Assembly: GCA_951406725.2 (NCBI GenBank)
Contig: OX597826.1
Coordinates: 80,042,001-80,106,000 of the forward strand
Length of the DNA stretch: 64,000 bases
Direction of reading: 5' to 3'
From: Octopus vulgaris
Lineage: Eukaryota
Below, in pieces: positions 29,149 to 43,693 of this stretch. How positions within the stretch are numbered: position 1 is the stretch's first letter; the number at the start of each line of letters is the position of its first letter. A program made the position numbers and the translations under genes. The notes under the pieces were generated by a model. That model ran no database searches. It worked only from the letters and a program-made list of their open reading frames with translations, and had not been told where the DNA came from.

Positions 29149-30220
29149 TATTGAGTTTGGTTTAATGGCCTACCAATGTATACTATGAGTTTCTTTGCCC
29201 TAGGAGTCGGGAAGACACTCGGCAAGAAATGGAAGCAAATTTGAAAGAAGAAAAAAAAGTAATAATAATAATAATAACAACAACAACAACATCGCATTGT
29301 ATGGCATATAAGATACTGTTTTCCCACAAAATCGCTTAAAAATCGCCGTTGTTCGTAAATGCATCGTTGGGCCTCCCATAAGCTCAGTTTGTCCCTGTCG
29401 ATTATTTCTATCGGCCAGTTTTCATTCACCGGATTTCTGCTGCCTGATCCATAATAATAATATTCACTTGAATATTGTTATCATTACCTATAGTGTGAAA
29501 GGAATTATCATTACAATGTACTGGTGGCGTTCAGATCAGTGCTAATTGATCCATTTCCAATAAATACGCTTAAACACATTCCAACCAACAACAAATCGGA
29601 AACCACAGAGGAAAGCGTGTAAAAGAATCTTTTGTAATGTTTGATAATGTACTGCTAGTTTGCTTTAAATTTTGGGTTCAAAATTTGATACAAATCTAGC
29701 AGTGTAGGGAAAGGGGCTAAATCGTTTACATCAACACCAGTGCTCAACTGGTACTATTTCTATCGGCCCCGAAATGATGAAAGGTAAATTCGACCCTATG
29801 GGATTTGAACCGAGAACATAAAAATGGACGAAATTTCTCCAAACATGTCACCCGGCGTGCGAACTCGTCACCACATTGCTTTAAACATTTAGTACCTCAT
29901 TCAACTAAAATCTATTTTCCTTGATTATGTACTGCTGAAAACAATGTTTGGTTAACATGCCTGTGCGTCTTTTATGCCATAAATTAACGATGCTTACCAT
30001 CCGCTAATACCGGGTGTTCAAAACGTATTTTTATTGCAAATTAAATATTTATAAGACTACAAAAGAATATATTAGACTTTACGAGACTTTAAAGAAACTT
30101 GATAAGAGGTGTTGAAAGTGTCGACCTTCATTTTCAATTCAGCATGAGAAGAAAAAAATGCAGCATGAGAAGAAAAAACCAGAAGACTATATATATATCA
30201 TACGTATATATATATATATA

Positions 30221-30520
30221 CAAGGTGACCGACCAGGCCATCAGATGCTGCTACACATCGCTGGTCACAATGCGCTTCGCATTGTTTTAGCCTTCAAATG
30301 ACGCCTCCCCGGTTGCTAAGCGAGCAGGCCAACAGAAGAAAGAGCGAGAGAAAGTTGTGGCGAAAGAGTACAGCAGGGACCGCCACCACCCCCTTCCGGA
30401 GCCTCGTGGAGCTTTAGGTGTTTTCGCTCAATAAACACTCACAACTCCCGGTCTGGGAATCGAAACCGCGATCGCACGACCGCGAGTCCACTGCCCTAAC
30501 CACTGGGCCATTGCGCCTCC
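30221..30520 (-). mobile_element. Third tRNA-derived SINE family
   Basis: Minus GGAGGCGCAATGGCCCAGTGGTTAGGGCAG...GGTTTCGATTCCC (A/B boxes); second copy at 50124-50398. Confidence 0.85.
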
Positions 30521-30531
30521 ACACACACACA

Positions 30532-30599
<68 letters not shown>

Positions 30600-32140
30600 C
30601 CCATATATATGTGTGTGTATGTGTGTGTGTATGTATACACATACATACATGTATGTATTTATTATTGTATGAAGCATAAAGCAACCGCAAACCGTTCCTT
30701 GCAATCGATCCATTTGATTTTTCCCTTTTCCTACCGATGTGTCGCTTTGCATTGGAAGAATCGTTCTTAAAGTAAAACTTCTCAAAATAAACAAAACAAA
30801 ACAAAGAGAAAATAACCTGCTTCGTTTCCTTAACATTATATAACTTTTTTTCCCATAGAAGTTTGGTGAAAGATATTTTGATGGCACTTTCTTACAGAGT
30901 CGCCGCTTACTCTTTACTCCAAACTGTTTACTCTCAAACATTTTGAGTCCCCACCTCATGGCCACATAATACCCCCAGCGCCCGCACCCTTATTTTTATG
31001 TATAAATAAATATTTTATATTTTACCAATTTATATATATTATGAATCATTTGACCGGGCTGCGTGTTGTGTTCTTGAGCAAGACACTTTTTTTCACGTTG
31101 CTCCAGTTCACTCAGCTGTAAAAATGAGTTGCGACGTCACAGGTACCAAGCTGTATCGGCCCCTTTGGTTTTCTCTTGGAAAACATCGGTGGTGTGGAGA
31201 GAGAGGCTGGTATACATGGGCGACTGCTGGTCTTCCGTCAACAACTTTACCCGGATTTGTGCCTCGGAGGGTAACTTTCTAAGTGCAATCCCATGGTCAT
31301 TCATAACTGAATGCGTCCCCCAATTCACTGCCTTCCTCCCAACGCCTCCTTTTCCTTTACTGTTCCCTTAGGAACCAGTGCCCACCTGAACCGAATCAAC
31401 GCCCACCGGGGTACGGTAGCGCCTATTTTGAGAACCTAAGCTCTATGGTGTCAAGTTTTCAGAAATTTTACAAATGGTATCGTATGGTTAGCATATAATT
31501 TGGTATCATTAGATTGTTAGTTTGGATACCATTTGCACTGAGTGAAATACTTCGTTTCAAGCCTATTCAGTGAGGCATTCATATCATCGTACACGCTTCT
31601 CTCTCGAAGATTTTTTTCTCTTACAAAAGACGAGAGCTAATTTGATACAGCGGGAAGACATTCAGTTCATACTGGAGAAAATATCGATGATCCATAATGT
31701 ACCAAATCTATACAGTATTATCGACGTTTGCATTGTCTTCTTTAATCTCTCAATTCAGTGGAGATGTTCCAGTTATTATTTCGTACAAAATGAATGCTAC
31801 TTGGATATTTTTGCTTCATTAACCGATTACTTGATTGATTAAGACAAGCTACACTGGTGACAAAACTATAAGTTGTAATTATTTGTCACAACAAAATAGA
31901 TTAATTACTTCAGTGACCACCATTTCATTATTATTATTGTTATTATTATTATTATTATTCTATGTTTGAATTTTGCTTTATATCTGTACAGGTTGGCTCC
32001 AAGTCTCACCCAGGGACCTCAAGAGACAACAGGTTGGAAGTTCACGTTGTTGTTATGCCTAGTGTGCCATATATTTGCTTTTTTTTGTTGTTGTTGTACT
32101 AGTGAATGTCTAATAAATAAAAATAAATAAATAAAATATG

Positions 32141-32232
<92 letters not shown>

Positions 32233-32964
32233 CATTATTATTATTATTCTTGGCATTACTTTCATATCGCGCTCCTTCCTTCTCTCACAAAAGTGCTTAT
32301 TTATTGTCTATATCAAGTGAAGTCGAAAATATTCATTGGAGTGCAAGAAATAGGTTGATTAATCTCGAGACAACCACGGCCGGCGAGAGGACAAAATTGT
32401 TAACAAGCCGGACAAAATGAGTAACGGCATTTCGTCCATCTTTACGTTCAAAGTCCAAATGGCTTCGAGGTCGAATTTGCTTTTGATTCTTTCAGGGTCG
32501 ATAAAATTGTAACTAGCTGTGCACTGGGGTCGATGTAATCGACCAGTTCCATTCTTACAAATTTCCGACCTTCTGCCGGTAGGAAAAAAAACATTTTAAC
32601 ATTTGCTGATTCCCAAATTTAGCTGAAGTCCATCATAACTTGAAATCTTATCATAACACAAAAATTTAAACAAAAGAAAAAGGTTTGAGAGTTCATTCGC
32701 CAATCACCGCTGAATAACCTCCGCTTAAAAACATCAAAAGATTTGTTTTGCAGCCTAAGGAAACCCCAAAACATTTCATTATCATCACCATTACCACCGC
32801 CATCATTATCATCGTCATCACCCTCATCACCACCATCATCATCATTGTCATCCTTATCCCCACCATCACCACCATCACCACAACCCCCCACCACCACCAA
32901 CATCATTATCATCGTCATCCTCATCATGACCACCTCTATCATTATCATCATCATTATCATACTT

Positions 32965-33300
32965 CAAATCCGGCAGGCAAGGCAGTTTTCCTTTGTCTGA
33001 TGGCTGTGGCGAAAGAGTTTGTTTGGTGGACAAGGCTGAAAGGCCTGAGGGCAAATACATTCCTCTCCGGTAAAGCTCTGATTGACTTCTTCATGTGAAA
33101 CTTGGAAAGGAAACTGAATATGGGGAAGGAAGCGCTGTCCTTGGGTGAATTTATTGAATGTTGCGAAAATGGCACGAGTCTAAGAATAGACCTTTGAGTC
33201 GGAGAGAAGGAATTGGAGAGGGCACTTGTTCTTAGTGTTCAGGGATATCTCGCACAGAGGGGTTCATCGATTATCCCTAGATAATCCTCTCCCTACTTTT
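32965..33300 (+). mobile_element. Probable L1/Tx1-like LINE 3' end
   Basis: AVFLCLMAVAKEFVWWTRLK resembles the AK..IW..R motif near the Tx1 ORF2 C-terminus; T-rich end. Confidence 0.4.
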
Positions 33301-33317
33301 TTTAACCTTTGTATACC

Positions 33318-33356
<39 letters not shown>

Positions 33357-33358
<2 letters not shown>

Positions 33359-33710
33359 CTGATAAAAACGCTAAGACAATAAAAGAAAGAGATATTATGT
33401 AAATAGAGAATTTATCTGTAAATGTAATATGTGACAATTATTCGGTAGCCATGATAGAACTCCGAGTTACGGATGCCGAGGTGGAAATCCACGCCGCCAT
33501 CTCTTCAGTTATCCGGCAATCGGAAAAAATGCTATGAAAATCTTTCTATCTCGGAGAAAATTACACAGCATACGATTTTTAAAACCTTCTTTTTTTAACG
33601 ATAGCCGGATAACTGAAGAGATTGCGGCGTGGATTTCCACATTGGTATTCGAAACTCGAAGTTTTATCATGGCTACCGAATAATTGCCACATATTATATT
33701 TGCATATATA
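33357..33710. mobile_element. Older foldback hammerhead element (intronic)
   Basis: Diverged ~110 bp inverted arms ~33413-33522 and ~33599-33708; left tail; TA tracts on both sides. Confidence 0.8.
33608..33668 (+). ncRNA. Type I hammerhead ribozyme
   Basis: GATAA-CTGAAGA-[imperfect stem II with GTGG attt CCAC]-GAAA-CT cga AG-TT-TTATC; stem I GATAA/TTATC; GUU triplet. The minus copy (33453-33513) has GAAA>GTAA. Confidence 0.72.
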
Positions 33711-33827
33711 TATATAAATATTGGTGCGTGTGTTTCTGGTCGACTTGTTTGCTACGGGTCACATACTTGCCATGCAGAAGTTTCTGTTCCCATCTGCTAG
33801 CTAATTTTTCATGCACTTTTGTCTTTG

Positions 33828-33881
<54 letters not shown>

Positions 33882-34012
33882 GGTTGTTATACTCTTTCTT
33901 CTTTCAATAGGATAAAGAAACTCACTGTATGCATTGATACGCCATTGAACTAAACACACCGGATTGTTTTATTTTCCAAAAATGGAATTAATAGAAATCT
34001 GAAAAACATTAC

Positions 34013-34401
34013 CTGATTCGATGAAGTGGCGAAAATCGATTCTTTGGCTCCCGTCAACGAGATGGTAAGGACGTGACAGTCTTGTCGAGAGAAGAAACAA
34101 ACCAACGTGTACTCGACAAAAGCAGCAAAGACGAAAAGAAGGCAGGCCACTGTCCATATGTCAATGGCCTTGATGTAGGAGACTGGGGGTAGGTCCCCGC
34201 TGTTGCTCTGTCTCTGGGTAATCATTGTTAGGATTGTCAAGCTGCTGAGGGAGATCCTGGCAGCGGTGGATTCGGTGGGTAGCCAGAACGACAACCACGA
34301 TATCACCACAATCAATGTACTGGGGAGGTAGGCGTGCAGCATGTAATAGGCATACTTCCGTTGGAGATGGAAACTGGTTGAGATACAAGTAAAGTTGTTT
34401 T
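34013..34401 (-). CDS. Same channel, exon encoding end of loop C and TM1-TM3
   Basis: ctcttgcag|AA AAC ... AAT CAG|gtaatg; 389 bp, phase 1/0. ENNFTCISTSFHLQRKYAYYMLHAYLPSTLIVVISWLSFWL...AARISLSSLTILTMITQ...LPPVSYIKAIDIW...FVFAAFVEY matches anion-channel TM1-TM3 motifs. Confidence 0.97.
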
Positions 34402-34522
34402 CTGCAAGAGAGAGATAGAGAGAAAAATAAACAGAAGGATAAAATAAAACAGACGAATAAGGGATACACATTGGGAGACTAAGTAATCTGATAAGTGTAT
34501 GCGTGTACACACACACACACGG

Positions 34523-34555
<33 letters not shown>

Positions 34556-34565
34556 ATAATAATAA

Positions 34566-34623
<58 letters not shown>

Positions 34624-34624
<1 letters not shown>

Positions 34625-34868
34625 TGGAATATAATTCCAAATTTACAGGGAAAAATTCAATTTAGCGATTCTAAAGCATATTTCACAATATATAATTAAG
34701 AGAAATAACCTCTATTAAGTAATTCAATAGTGAATGGCATTATATCATATAGAAAAAATTTAAATATACTATAATAAATATTATTTAAAAAATCATTAAA
34801 TTAAATAAACATTAAATTGACTTTCACTATTGAATTACTTAATAGATGTTATTTCTCTTAATTATATA
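34624..34868. mobile_element. Short foldback element, no hammerhead retained
   Basis: 46 bp inverted arms 34689-34734 and 34823-34868 (1 mismatch); left tail TCCAAATTTACAGGGAAAAA shared with the 9.7/21.5 kb family. Confidence 0.7.
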
Positions 34869-35240
34869 CATACATATATACATACATACATACATACATA
34901 CATACATACATACATACATACATACATACATACATTCGTACATACATACATACATACATACATACATACATACATACATACATACGTACATACATACATA
35001 CATACATACATACATACATACATACATACATACATACATACATACATACATACATACATACATTCGTACATACATACATACATACATACATACATACATA
35101 CATACATACATACATACATACATACATACATACATACATACATACATACATACATACATACATACATACATACATACGTACATACATACATACATACATA
35201 CATACATACATACATACATACACACATACACACACGCACA

Positions 35241-35277
<37 letters not shown>
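34866..35277. repeat. (TACA)n/(CA)n microsatellite
   Basis: Direct inspection. Confidence 0.95.
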
Positions 35278-35279
<2 letters not shown>

Positions 35280-36709
35280 GCAGCATGAAGTTTTGTCAGT
35301 GAACAGTGAACAGTTTTGTCAAAGCAACGAAAATATTTTGACAAATTAAATTTAAATGTTGAAGTGAATCTAACGGTTTTTGTGTGTTTCTTAAATGGCT
35401 TATATATATAAGCATTTTCTTTATATTCCATTCCCGAAAGTGTTTCTACTGGTTAAGTGTCCAAGTGTATCTTGATATAGCACTTATGCGCATTTAGCTC
35501 ATTTATATTAAATCAATTCCAATACAGAAAGAGAGAGGGTGGGGGGAAGAGAAGGAGAGTGAAGGAGAAAGAGAGAAAGATGGTTGTGCTGCTTGAGTGA
35601 CCAAACATCCAGCCATAGAACAGCCTCTACAGAATTTCATCAAACCAGTATCACTCACAACAAAGCCTATAATATCTATTATAATGGCTTAAGATCTGTT
35701 ACACACATAAGGTGACGAGCTGACCAAATGGTTGTTACGCTGGACAAAATACCTAGTCGTATTTCTTTCGGCTTTCCATTCTGAGTTCAAATTCCGTAGA
35801 GATCGACTCTGCATTTTATCCTTTCGGACTCGAGCACCAGTCGAGCACTGGGGTCGATGTAACCTTTTAGTTCCCTCCCTTCCAATTTGTAGCCGTGTGT
35901 ACCTATAGTAGAAACGATTTACTATTGCAAGCATCGAAGAAACATAATTTGCCTAATAGAACTTAAACCGGTTCGCTCCAGAATATCATATACATTATAG
36001 AATAACACATCATAATGTGAAGATATATGCTCAGGTTTCGCATAAAGTATTTCGCAGCTAACTCCAGGCACCAACGTTATAAAACGTCAGTAGCTGTAGT
36101 CTTTCGCTGGAATTTTCAATCGACAAATCACAAAGCAACAATCCCACAAGACTCGTCTATCATTCATTTAAAACGTCAAATAAAGCAAGAAGATTAGAAT
36201 TCATTCTGACATTCCAGAGACTGGAATCAGAATATGGACAGCAGAATATTGTTGTTAGTAAAAAGGGAAAGAAAAAATAATCATGAGAATGAAATATGAA
36301 AAAGAAGTTTGTGGTATTAACCAATCATATCCGGTGACAAACGGTTGTGTTTTTAAAGACTATTTGGAAAGGAAAGCTGTTGCCACAGACACACACACAC
36401 ACACACACAGACACAGACACACACACACACACACACACACATACACACACACACACACACACGTATATATACATGCGTATGTACATATATATATATATAT
36501 AAATATATGCATGTGTGTGTGTATATATATATATATATATACAATCATAGACACACACATACACAGAAACACAGAAACACACGCACACACACACACATAT
36601 ATATATATAACGTATATGCATATATGTGTGTGCGCACACGCATGCGTGTGTGAGAGTAAATGTCGGTGTTCCTCCGAATACTTGTGGGAGATGAAATATA
36701 AAAACCAAC

Positions 36710-36841
36710 CTTCATAGTCTCTATGACAGTCGCCAAATGTGATATTATAAATGGTGAATTGAGACAACTCCATTTGTCGGTTGTGTGTAACGGCCGAACC
36801 GTCATCCCATTCAAACACAACATTATCCGGTGTGTATACAA
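36710..36841 (-). CDS. Cys-loop ligand-gated chloride channel (GlyR-alpha/GluCl-like), internal exon: loop B to first half of loop C
   Basis: ttttacag|TT GTA TAC ... TAT GAA G|gttggt; 132 bp, phase 1/1. Translates (x)VYTPDNVVFEWDDGSAVTHNRQMELSQFTIYNITFGDCHRDYE, collinear with GlyR FGYTMNDLIFEW...LPQF...CTKHYN. Confidence 0.93.
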
Positions 36842-37029
36842 CTGTAAAAGAAGAAATAGAAACGTTTACGTAAGTCACATTGTATAAATGGATAACGCCG
36901 CAAAACAGCCATGTTTTTTTTTTTATATGGGCGTCTATTGAATCATAATGAACCGAAGAACGAATAATGTTATGTGTTGTGAATGTAATTGCAATGGAGA
37001 AAAACCTGAAAGATACTATGTATGTATGA

Positions 37030-37066
<37 letters not shown>

Positions 37067-37749
37067 GAAGCTTTTGTGTTGTTTATGCCCGGTCAAAAAG
37101 TTACCATTGATTTCACGTCTGTTATCTCTCTTATCGATATATGGGCGACTCAACAGATCAGCTGACCGGAAGCACATAACATCTTTACGAACGGAGGCGA
37201 CACAGAATGCAATCTTGGTCAGCGTAGTTGTGAAAAGAAAACTTAAAGAGAAATTCTCCGAAGCGAAAACCCTATCGGGTCGAACAATTTCGTTATGGAT
37301 TTCTTTTTTTTCTTTTTTGTTCCCAACTTCTTTGTCTCAAGCTGTATTCTTACATCTGCTTGGATAGAATTTATGTGCCTCCCGCTAGAAGGTCCTGTGT
37401 GTGGCCTTTGTTGCCAAGAGCAATAATAGACGTTGAGCCAGTTGTGACTTTCTCTCCAGCCATATCCAACTACATAAAATACTACAGCTCAAAATAACCT
37501 TTTAGAATACGCTTTTGTTCAGACTTATGAACAACTAACCGAGAAATATACATATATAGATATATGTGTGTGTGTGTGCATAAGTAATATATATATATAT
37601 AATATATATATGCATATATAATATATATTTACATATATGATATGCACATATAATATATATATGTATATAATATATATATATACATATAGAATATGTATAC
37701 CTTTATAATATATATGTATACACATATATCATATATAATATATATGTAT

Positions 37750-37855
<106 letters not shown>

Positions 37856-37857
37856 TT

Positions 37858-38240
37858 ATAGGAGATGTTATCGAGAAGTTCCGGGGCTAGTTATGTTCAA
37901 TAAAATATGACTTATTTAACATCAACTCCTTCGAAATAGTAACCTTTGCACAACAAAACAGCGGTCCCAGCTTTCCTGCCATTTTGGGGAATCCGGGGAA
38001 ACCGTTTTCCGTAAGTAAGGTAAGGACCCTCTGCGATTCGCTCTGGATCTCGACAGCGGCATTAAAACGGCGACCTTTGAGCTGCATTTTCATCTTGGAG
38101 AAGAGATGGAAGTTCGCATGTGCTAAATCAAGCAAATAGAGCGGTTGCGGAAGCTATACCGTGTTGTGTTTGGTGAAAACTCCACAAGTGAGGGGAGTCC
38201 GGTGACAGGGTGCACTGTCGTCGTGAGGAATCCGATTCTC
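37858..38240 (-). mobile_element. Mariner transposase C-terminal fragment with terminal repeat
   Basis: [26 protein letters not shown] matches mariner DLAPSDFHLF..LK..L.G.RF. Confidence 0.8.
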
Positions 38241-38242
38241 GG

Positions 38243-38815
<573 letters not shown>

Positions 38816-38862
38816 ACATGAATTATTTATGCACACACGCGCGCACTCACACACATACACAT

Positions 38863-38905
<43 letters not shown>

Positions 38906-39449
38906 TAAATTATAGCAGTGCAGTTAGAATTACCATCAACCTAACCGTGAAGCAGACTTTATTGCATTACACGTTGCCAGTATCACTCGCGGGCAACCTG
39001 TCTGTCATAACTCTTATAACATATCATTGTCTCTATTTTACGCATCTAAAGAAGAAACTTAATCGGTTCAACAGAACATTAAACCCTGTATCCCTTAACG
39101 TAATTCTCACTCACAGATTTGAAATACATTAATCATCACCTGATTCTCCAATATCATGATCGCCATCATCATCATCACCATTATCAAAATCGTCGTTTCG
39201 AAATAGCTCGATTTACAAGAATTGGCAGCGAAACTACTTCAAATCCCATATTTTTACTCAATGTCATCTCAAATATAAAAAGACGACAATGAAAGAATAT
39301 ATGCTGGCGCTAAAGAACAACATCATGCCAGGAGCATTCTTCCTTTCCACTCTATAAAGAATGCACTCTTGTCTTCCAAGTCCCTTCCTATATGTATTAT
39401 GTGTGTATGTACGTATCTTTCTTTTCTTTTGGACATTTTTATATCTCCT

Positions 39450-39647
39450 GTTTCTGAAGAAGAGCTTTGCTCGAAGCGTAAAAGCAACCACTCTTTCTTT
39501 CCTTCTCCGAGCGTCTTATTAATATTTTGCATGTACCACTCCCCCGCGTTGTTGCTTTTTTTTTCGTGTCCTTTTACTCCGATTGTTTCTCTCCTTGTTT
39601 TTTCTGTGTCCCTTTCTGTAGAAGAGCGTTGGCTCGAAAAGTAAAAG
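39450..39647 (+). ncRNA. Tandem pair of degenerate minimal hammerheads (PLE pLTR-like)
   Basis: TTT-CTGAAGA-A-GAGC ttt GCTC-GAAGC-GTA-AAA (39450-39484) and CTTT-CTGTAGA-A-GAGC gttg GCTC-GAAAA-GTA-AAAG (39612-39647). Confidence 0.6.
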
Positions 39648-40216
39648 ACTTTTTCTATTCCTGAGCGTTATACTAATACATCTGTATGTTTTGTACACCA
39701 CCTGGCCTCGTCTTTTGGTTTTTTTTCGTGAACTCTCCCTATATATATATACACGCTACATATTGTATCAATCTCTTATAAAGAAACGCCAATTTGTGGG
39801 GACATAAACAAGGCCACAGCGGTTATCAGGCGGTGTACTGAGACAAACACACACATACATTCATACACGACGGGCTTTCGTACATTTTTCACTTACCAAA
39901 TTCATTCACAGTTGAAAAGGATGGAATGCTCAGCCCGGAGCTATAGCAGAAAACTCTTGGTTAAGGTGACGCGTTAATTGCGTTTCACCCGAAGTCCCGT
40001 AGTTCCAAAGCGATCGCGTTAACCACACAGTCATCACTGCGCCTATGATACTCATTGGTGAATTTCTCCACTTTTTCGTGTGCAAGAATTTTTCCCGTAT
40101 AATATGAAGTGTTGTTGATAGCTGCGTTTGCATCTGAGCCACATAATGTGTATGTGTGTGTATGTATACACACATACAAAGGCATATACATATCTGAACA
40201 TATATAAATATATACA

Positions 40217-40274
<58 letters not shown>

Positions 40275-40302
40275 GTGTGTGTGTGTGTATGTGTATATAT
40301 AT

Positions 40303-40335
<33 letters not shown>

Positions 40336-40483
40336 ATATGTATGTATGTGTGTACGTGTGTGCGTGTGCGTACGTGTGTTTTTATTTCTTCGTTACACGC
40401 TGTCTGTATTATATATATATGCATATATATGTATCTACATATGTGCATAGATATGTACATATATACACATATATATACATATT

Positions 40484-40533
<50 letters not shown>

Positions 40534-40545
40534 TATGTATATATA

Positions 40546-40581
<36 letters not shown>

Positions 40582-41051
40582 TATATCTATATATCTATGT
40601 ATGTGTGTGTACGTGTTTGTATTGCCTTGTTACACGCTTCCTGCATTATAAATTAGAGACGGTGCTTGCAACATGACACCTGCATGGCACTGAAACAACA
40701 CATTTCAGATTATGTCACGTGACCGATTCATTAGATTATTAATACCGTCACCATAGTAACACAGTAGATACTCTGAAGACCATAACAATCAAAATCTTAA
40801 TCTTTATCATGGTTGGTTTCTCTTATCTTCCGCAACATCTGCGCAATCGCCTCTCATCGTTTCATCATTCTTTTATCATTACGATAATAATCGCCTACAT
40901 CATCGTCATTACGGGATACAGTCATTAATTGCAAATTAATAATAATCATCATCATCATCGTATAAACATATATATGTATCATCATCATAATCATTATTAT
41001 CATCATCATCATCATCATAATAATCATCATTATCATCATTATTATCACCAC

Positions 41052-41096
<45 letters not shown>

Positions 41097-41221
41097 TATC
41101 ACCACCAATATCATCATCATCATCATCATCATCATCAGAAATGGCAGACAAACTGAGATCACGACCTATAACCAAATAAGATGTAGGACACAATTTCCTA
41201 ATGTACTCCTCGTTACATATA

Positions 41222-41443
41222 CCAGGGTGTGCTGAAAAGTTGCTGGCATTAAGGGTATAGCGAAAGGCCTGGTTGGAGGCCCAACCTTCCGCGTTCTTTT
41301 ACAGGGCTTAGAAAAATAAAACTGAAGGCCCGCTGCAATAAGTGCGGGAATCTGAGAGGGGAATATGTTGCATGAAACCATAATCAACTGACCCACCTGT
41401 ATTTTCTTTTATCCAATACAAGGAACTTTTCAGCAACCCTTCG
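41222..41443. mobile_element. Mariner-derived MITE
   Basis: Imperfect TIRs CAGGGTGTGCTGAAAAGTT and AACTTTTCAGCAACCCTTCG; TA on the left. Confidence 0.6.
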
Positions 41444-43179
41444 AATATGAAAACTGGTGACTTGAAGCAGAAGTACTTTTAATCTTAGGTTCTTTCTTTA
41501 ATCTTAGGTTGGGGCTAAAGGCGATCAACAGTAACCCTTCATCTTTGTGATTTCTACTTTTTAACATCATTCATCGTAAAACCTTTTGCAGTGTCTTTAT
41601 GGTTATTCTTTCCCTTATTCTCATCAAAACACTTTGAACTGCTATCGATCCCTGCTTAATTGCTGAATGGATATGTGTCTAAGCGTGTGCATTCGGGTTC
41701 AGCCCCACTGCGCGGAATATTGGACAAATGTCTTCTTATATAGCTCCCGACCGACCAACGCTTTGTGAGGAATTTAGTTTACAGAACCGGTGCGGTATGT
41801 GCGTGAGTGTGTGTGTGTGTGTGAGTGTGTGTGTGTGTGTAAATATACATTTATGTATATATATATGTATATGTGTGTGTGTCTGTGTATATGTGTGCGT
41901 GTATGTATGTGTGTGTATGTGTGTGGTGTGCATATATATATATATATATATATATGCGTGTGTGTATGTGACTGTGTGTTTATCTTCCTATTTTCGACAC
42001 CACCACCGCTACACAACCGGTGCTGGCTTGTTTATGTCCCCAAAACAGAGTGATCCAGCAAATAAAACCGATAGAGCAACTACCAGACTTAAAAAATTAA
42101 ATTCTGGGATTGACTTTTTTACTTTCTTTCTTTTCCCTTTTCTCCGACTAAATACATCAAGGCATTGCTGCAGCGTGGGCGCATTCCAATGAATGGAGCA
42201 CGTAAAAGATTGCAAGAATACAAAGAACCAAAGCTGAAATCCATTTTACAATACACAAGGACTTAGAAGGATCATCAGAAGAAAGTAGTGACCCCAATAT
42301 ATTGATTCTAAACTCTAGCACAGGCCAGAAAGTTGGTGGGAAGGGACTAGTCGAATGCATTGACCCCAAGGCTCATCGGGTCCTTATATTATCTTCCCCG
42401 GAAAATGAAAGGCAAAGTCGACCTTGGCAGATTTTGAACTCCAGACCTAAGAACAAACGAAATGCCGGTGATCATTTTCCCTAAGGTGCTAACAATGCTA
42501 CCTGCTCGGTCCCTTTGTGATGCCCCCAATATATCACAAGTAGTGCCACTTGGGACATTCCATTAGATGGCTGAAATTGAAACCAACGCTAGTGACTTCA
42601 CAAGCTTGATATGATACAAAGTCATTGGTCTTAACGCACACAAACCATTAGCAATGTTTTTTTTATACGCTATGCTATATTTATAAGAGCCAAACGTAGC
42701 CAATTCGAGCAATGCGCGATCTTAAACCAAATCGTTATATACCTTCCATATCGAACTTCATAATTCAACAATAAACCAGCAATAAACCACATTTCTAGTC
42801 TTGTATCAACTATATACATTTATGTTTGAATCAATAAATGATATAGAACGATCTATATCGAACATATAAAATATCACTATATACTTTGGATTCTTTCTGG
42901 TATTTACCATCATCCATTGTATTCCAAGGTGACATTAACAATATAAACATTTTATATCAATGTATATTTAAGTTGCTTTTTTTTTTCACATGCTTTATTT
43001 TTATTATTCACTTTGCTACATTATTTTGCTGTTTTATTATTTTTTTCATTTTAATTTTGCGTTGTGTATCTACTTTAGTCTGGTCTCATTTGTTGGTGGC
43101 TGGTGGTTGCAATATGATGAAATAGTGTAGGCTATTTATATATACAAACATACACACATGCATGCATATATACATACAT

Positions 43180-43274
<95 letters not shown>

Positions 43275-43661
43275 TAGTTAGATATATAGATATATATATA
43301 CATGTGTATATATATATATATACACACATGTATATATATATATTTATGTATACACACATATATATGGCTTTTTACAACCAAACGCATACATACATACATA
43401 CATATATGTATGTATTTATATATGCACACACACACACACACATACACACACATATATATACAATGTATATATATATATATATATATACATATATACACAT
43501 ATATGTATATATACGTATATATATATGCATGTATGTATCTATATATGCAGATACATGCACACACACACATATACATATATACATTCATGTACATACATAC
43601 ATTTATATATATGTATATATATATGTACATACATACATACATACATACATACATACATACA

Positions 43662-43693
<32 letters not shown>

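Noticed and set aside
26051-36841. Cephalopod chemotactile receptor or nicotinic subunit
   Set aside because: The motifs are GlyR/GluCl type (SWLSFW, AAR, VSYIKAID, C-x10-C loop C) with GlyR-like intron positions, and there is no -1' Glu or vicinal CC.
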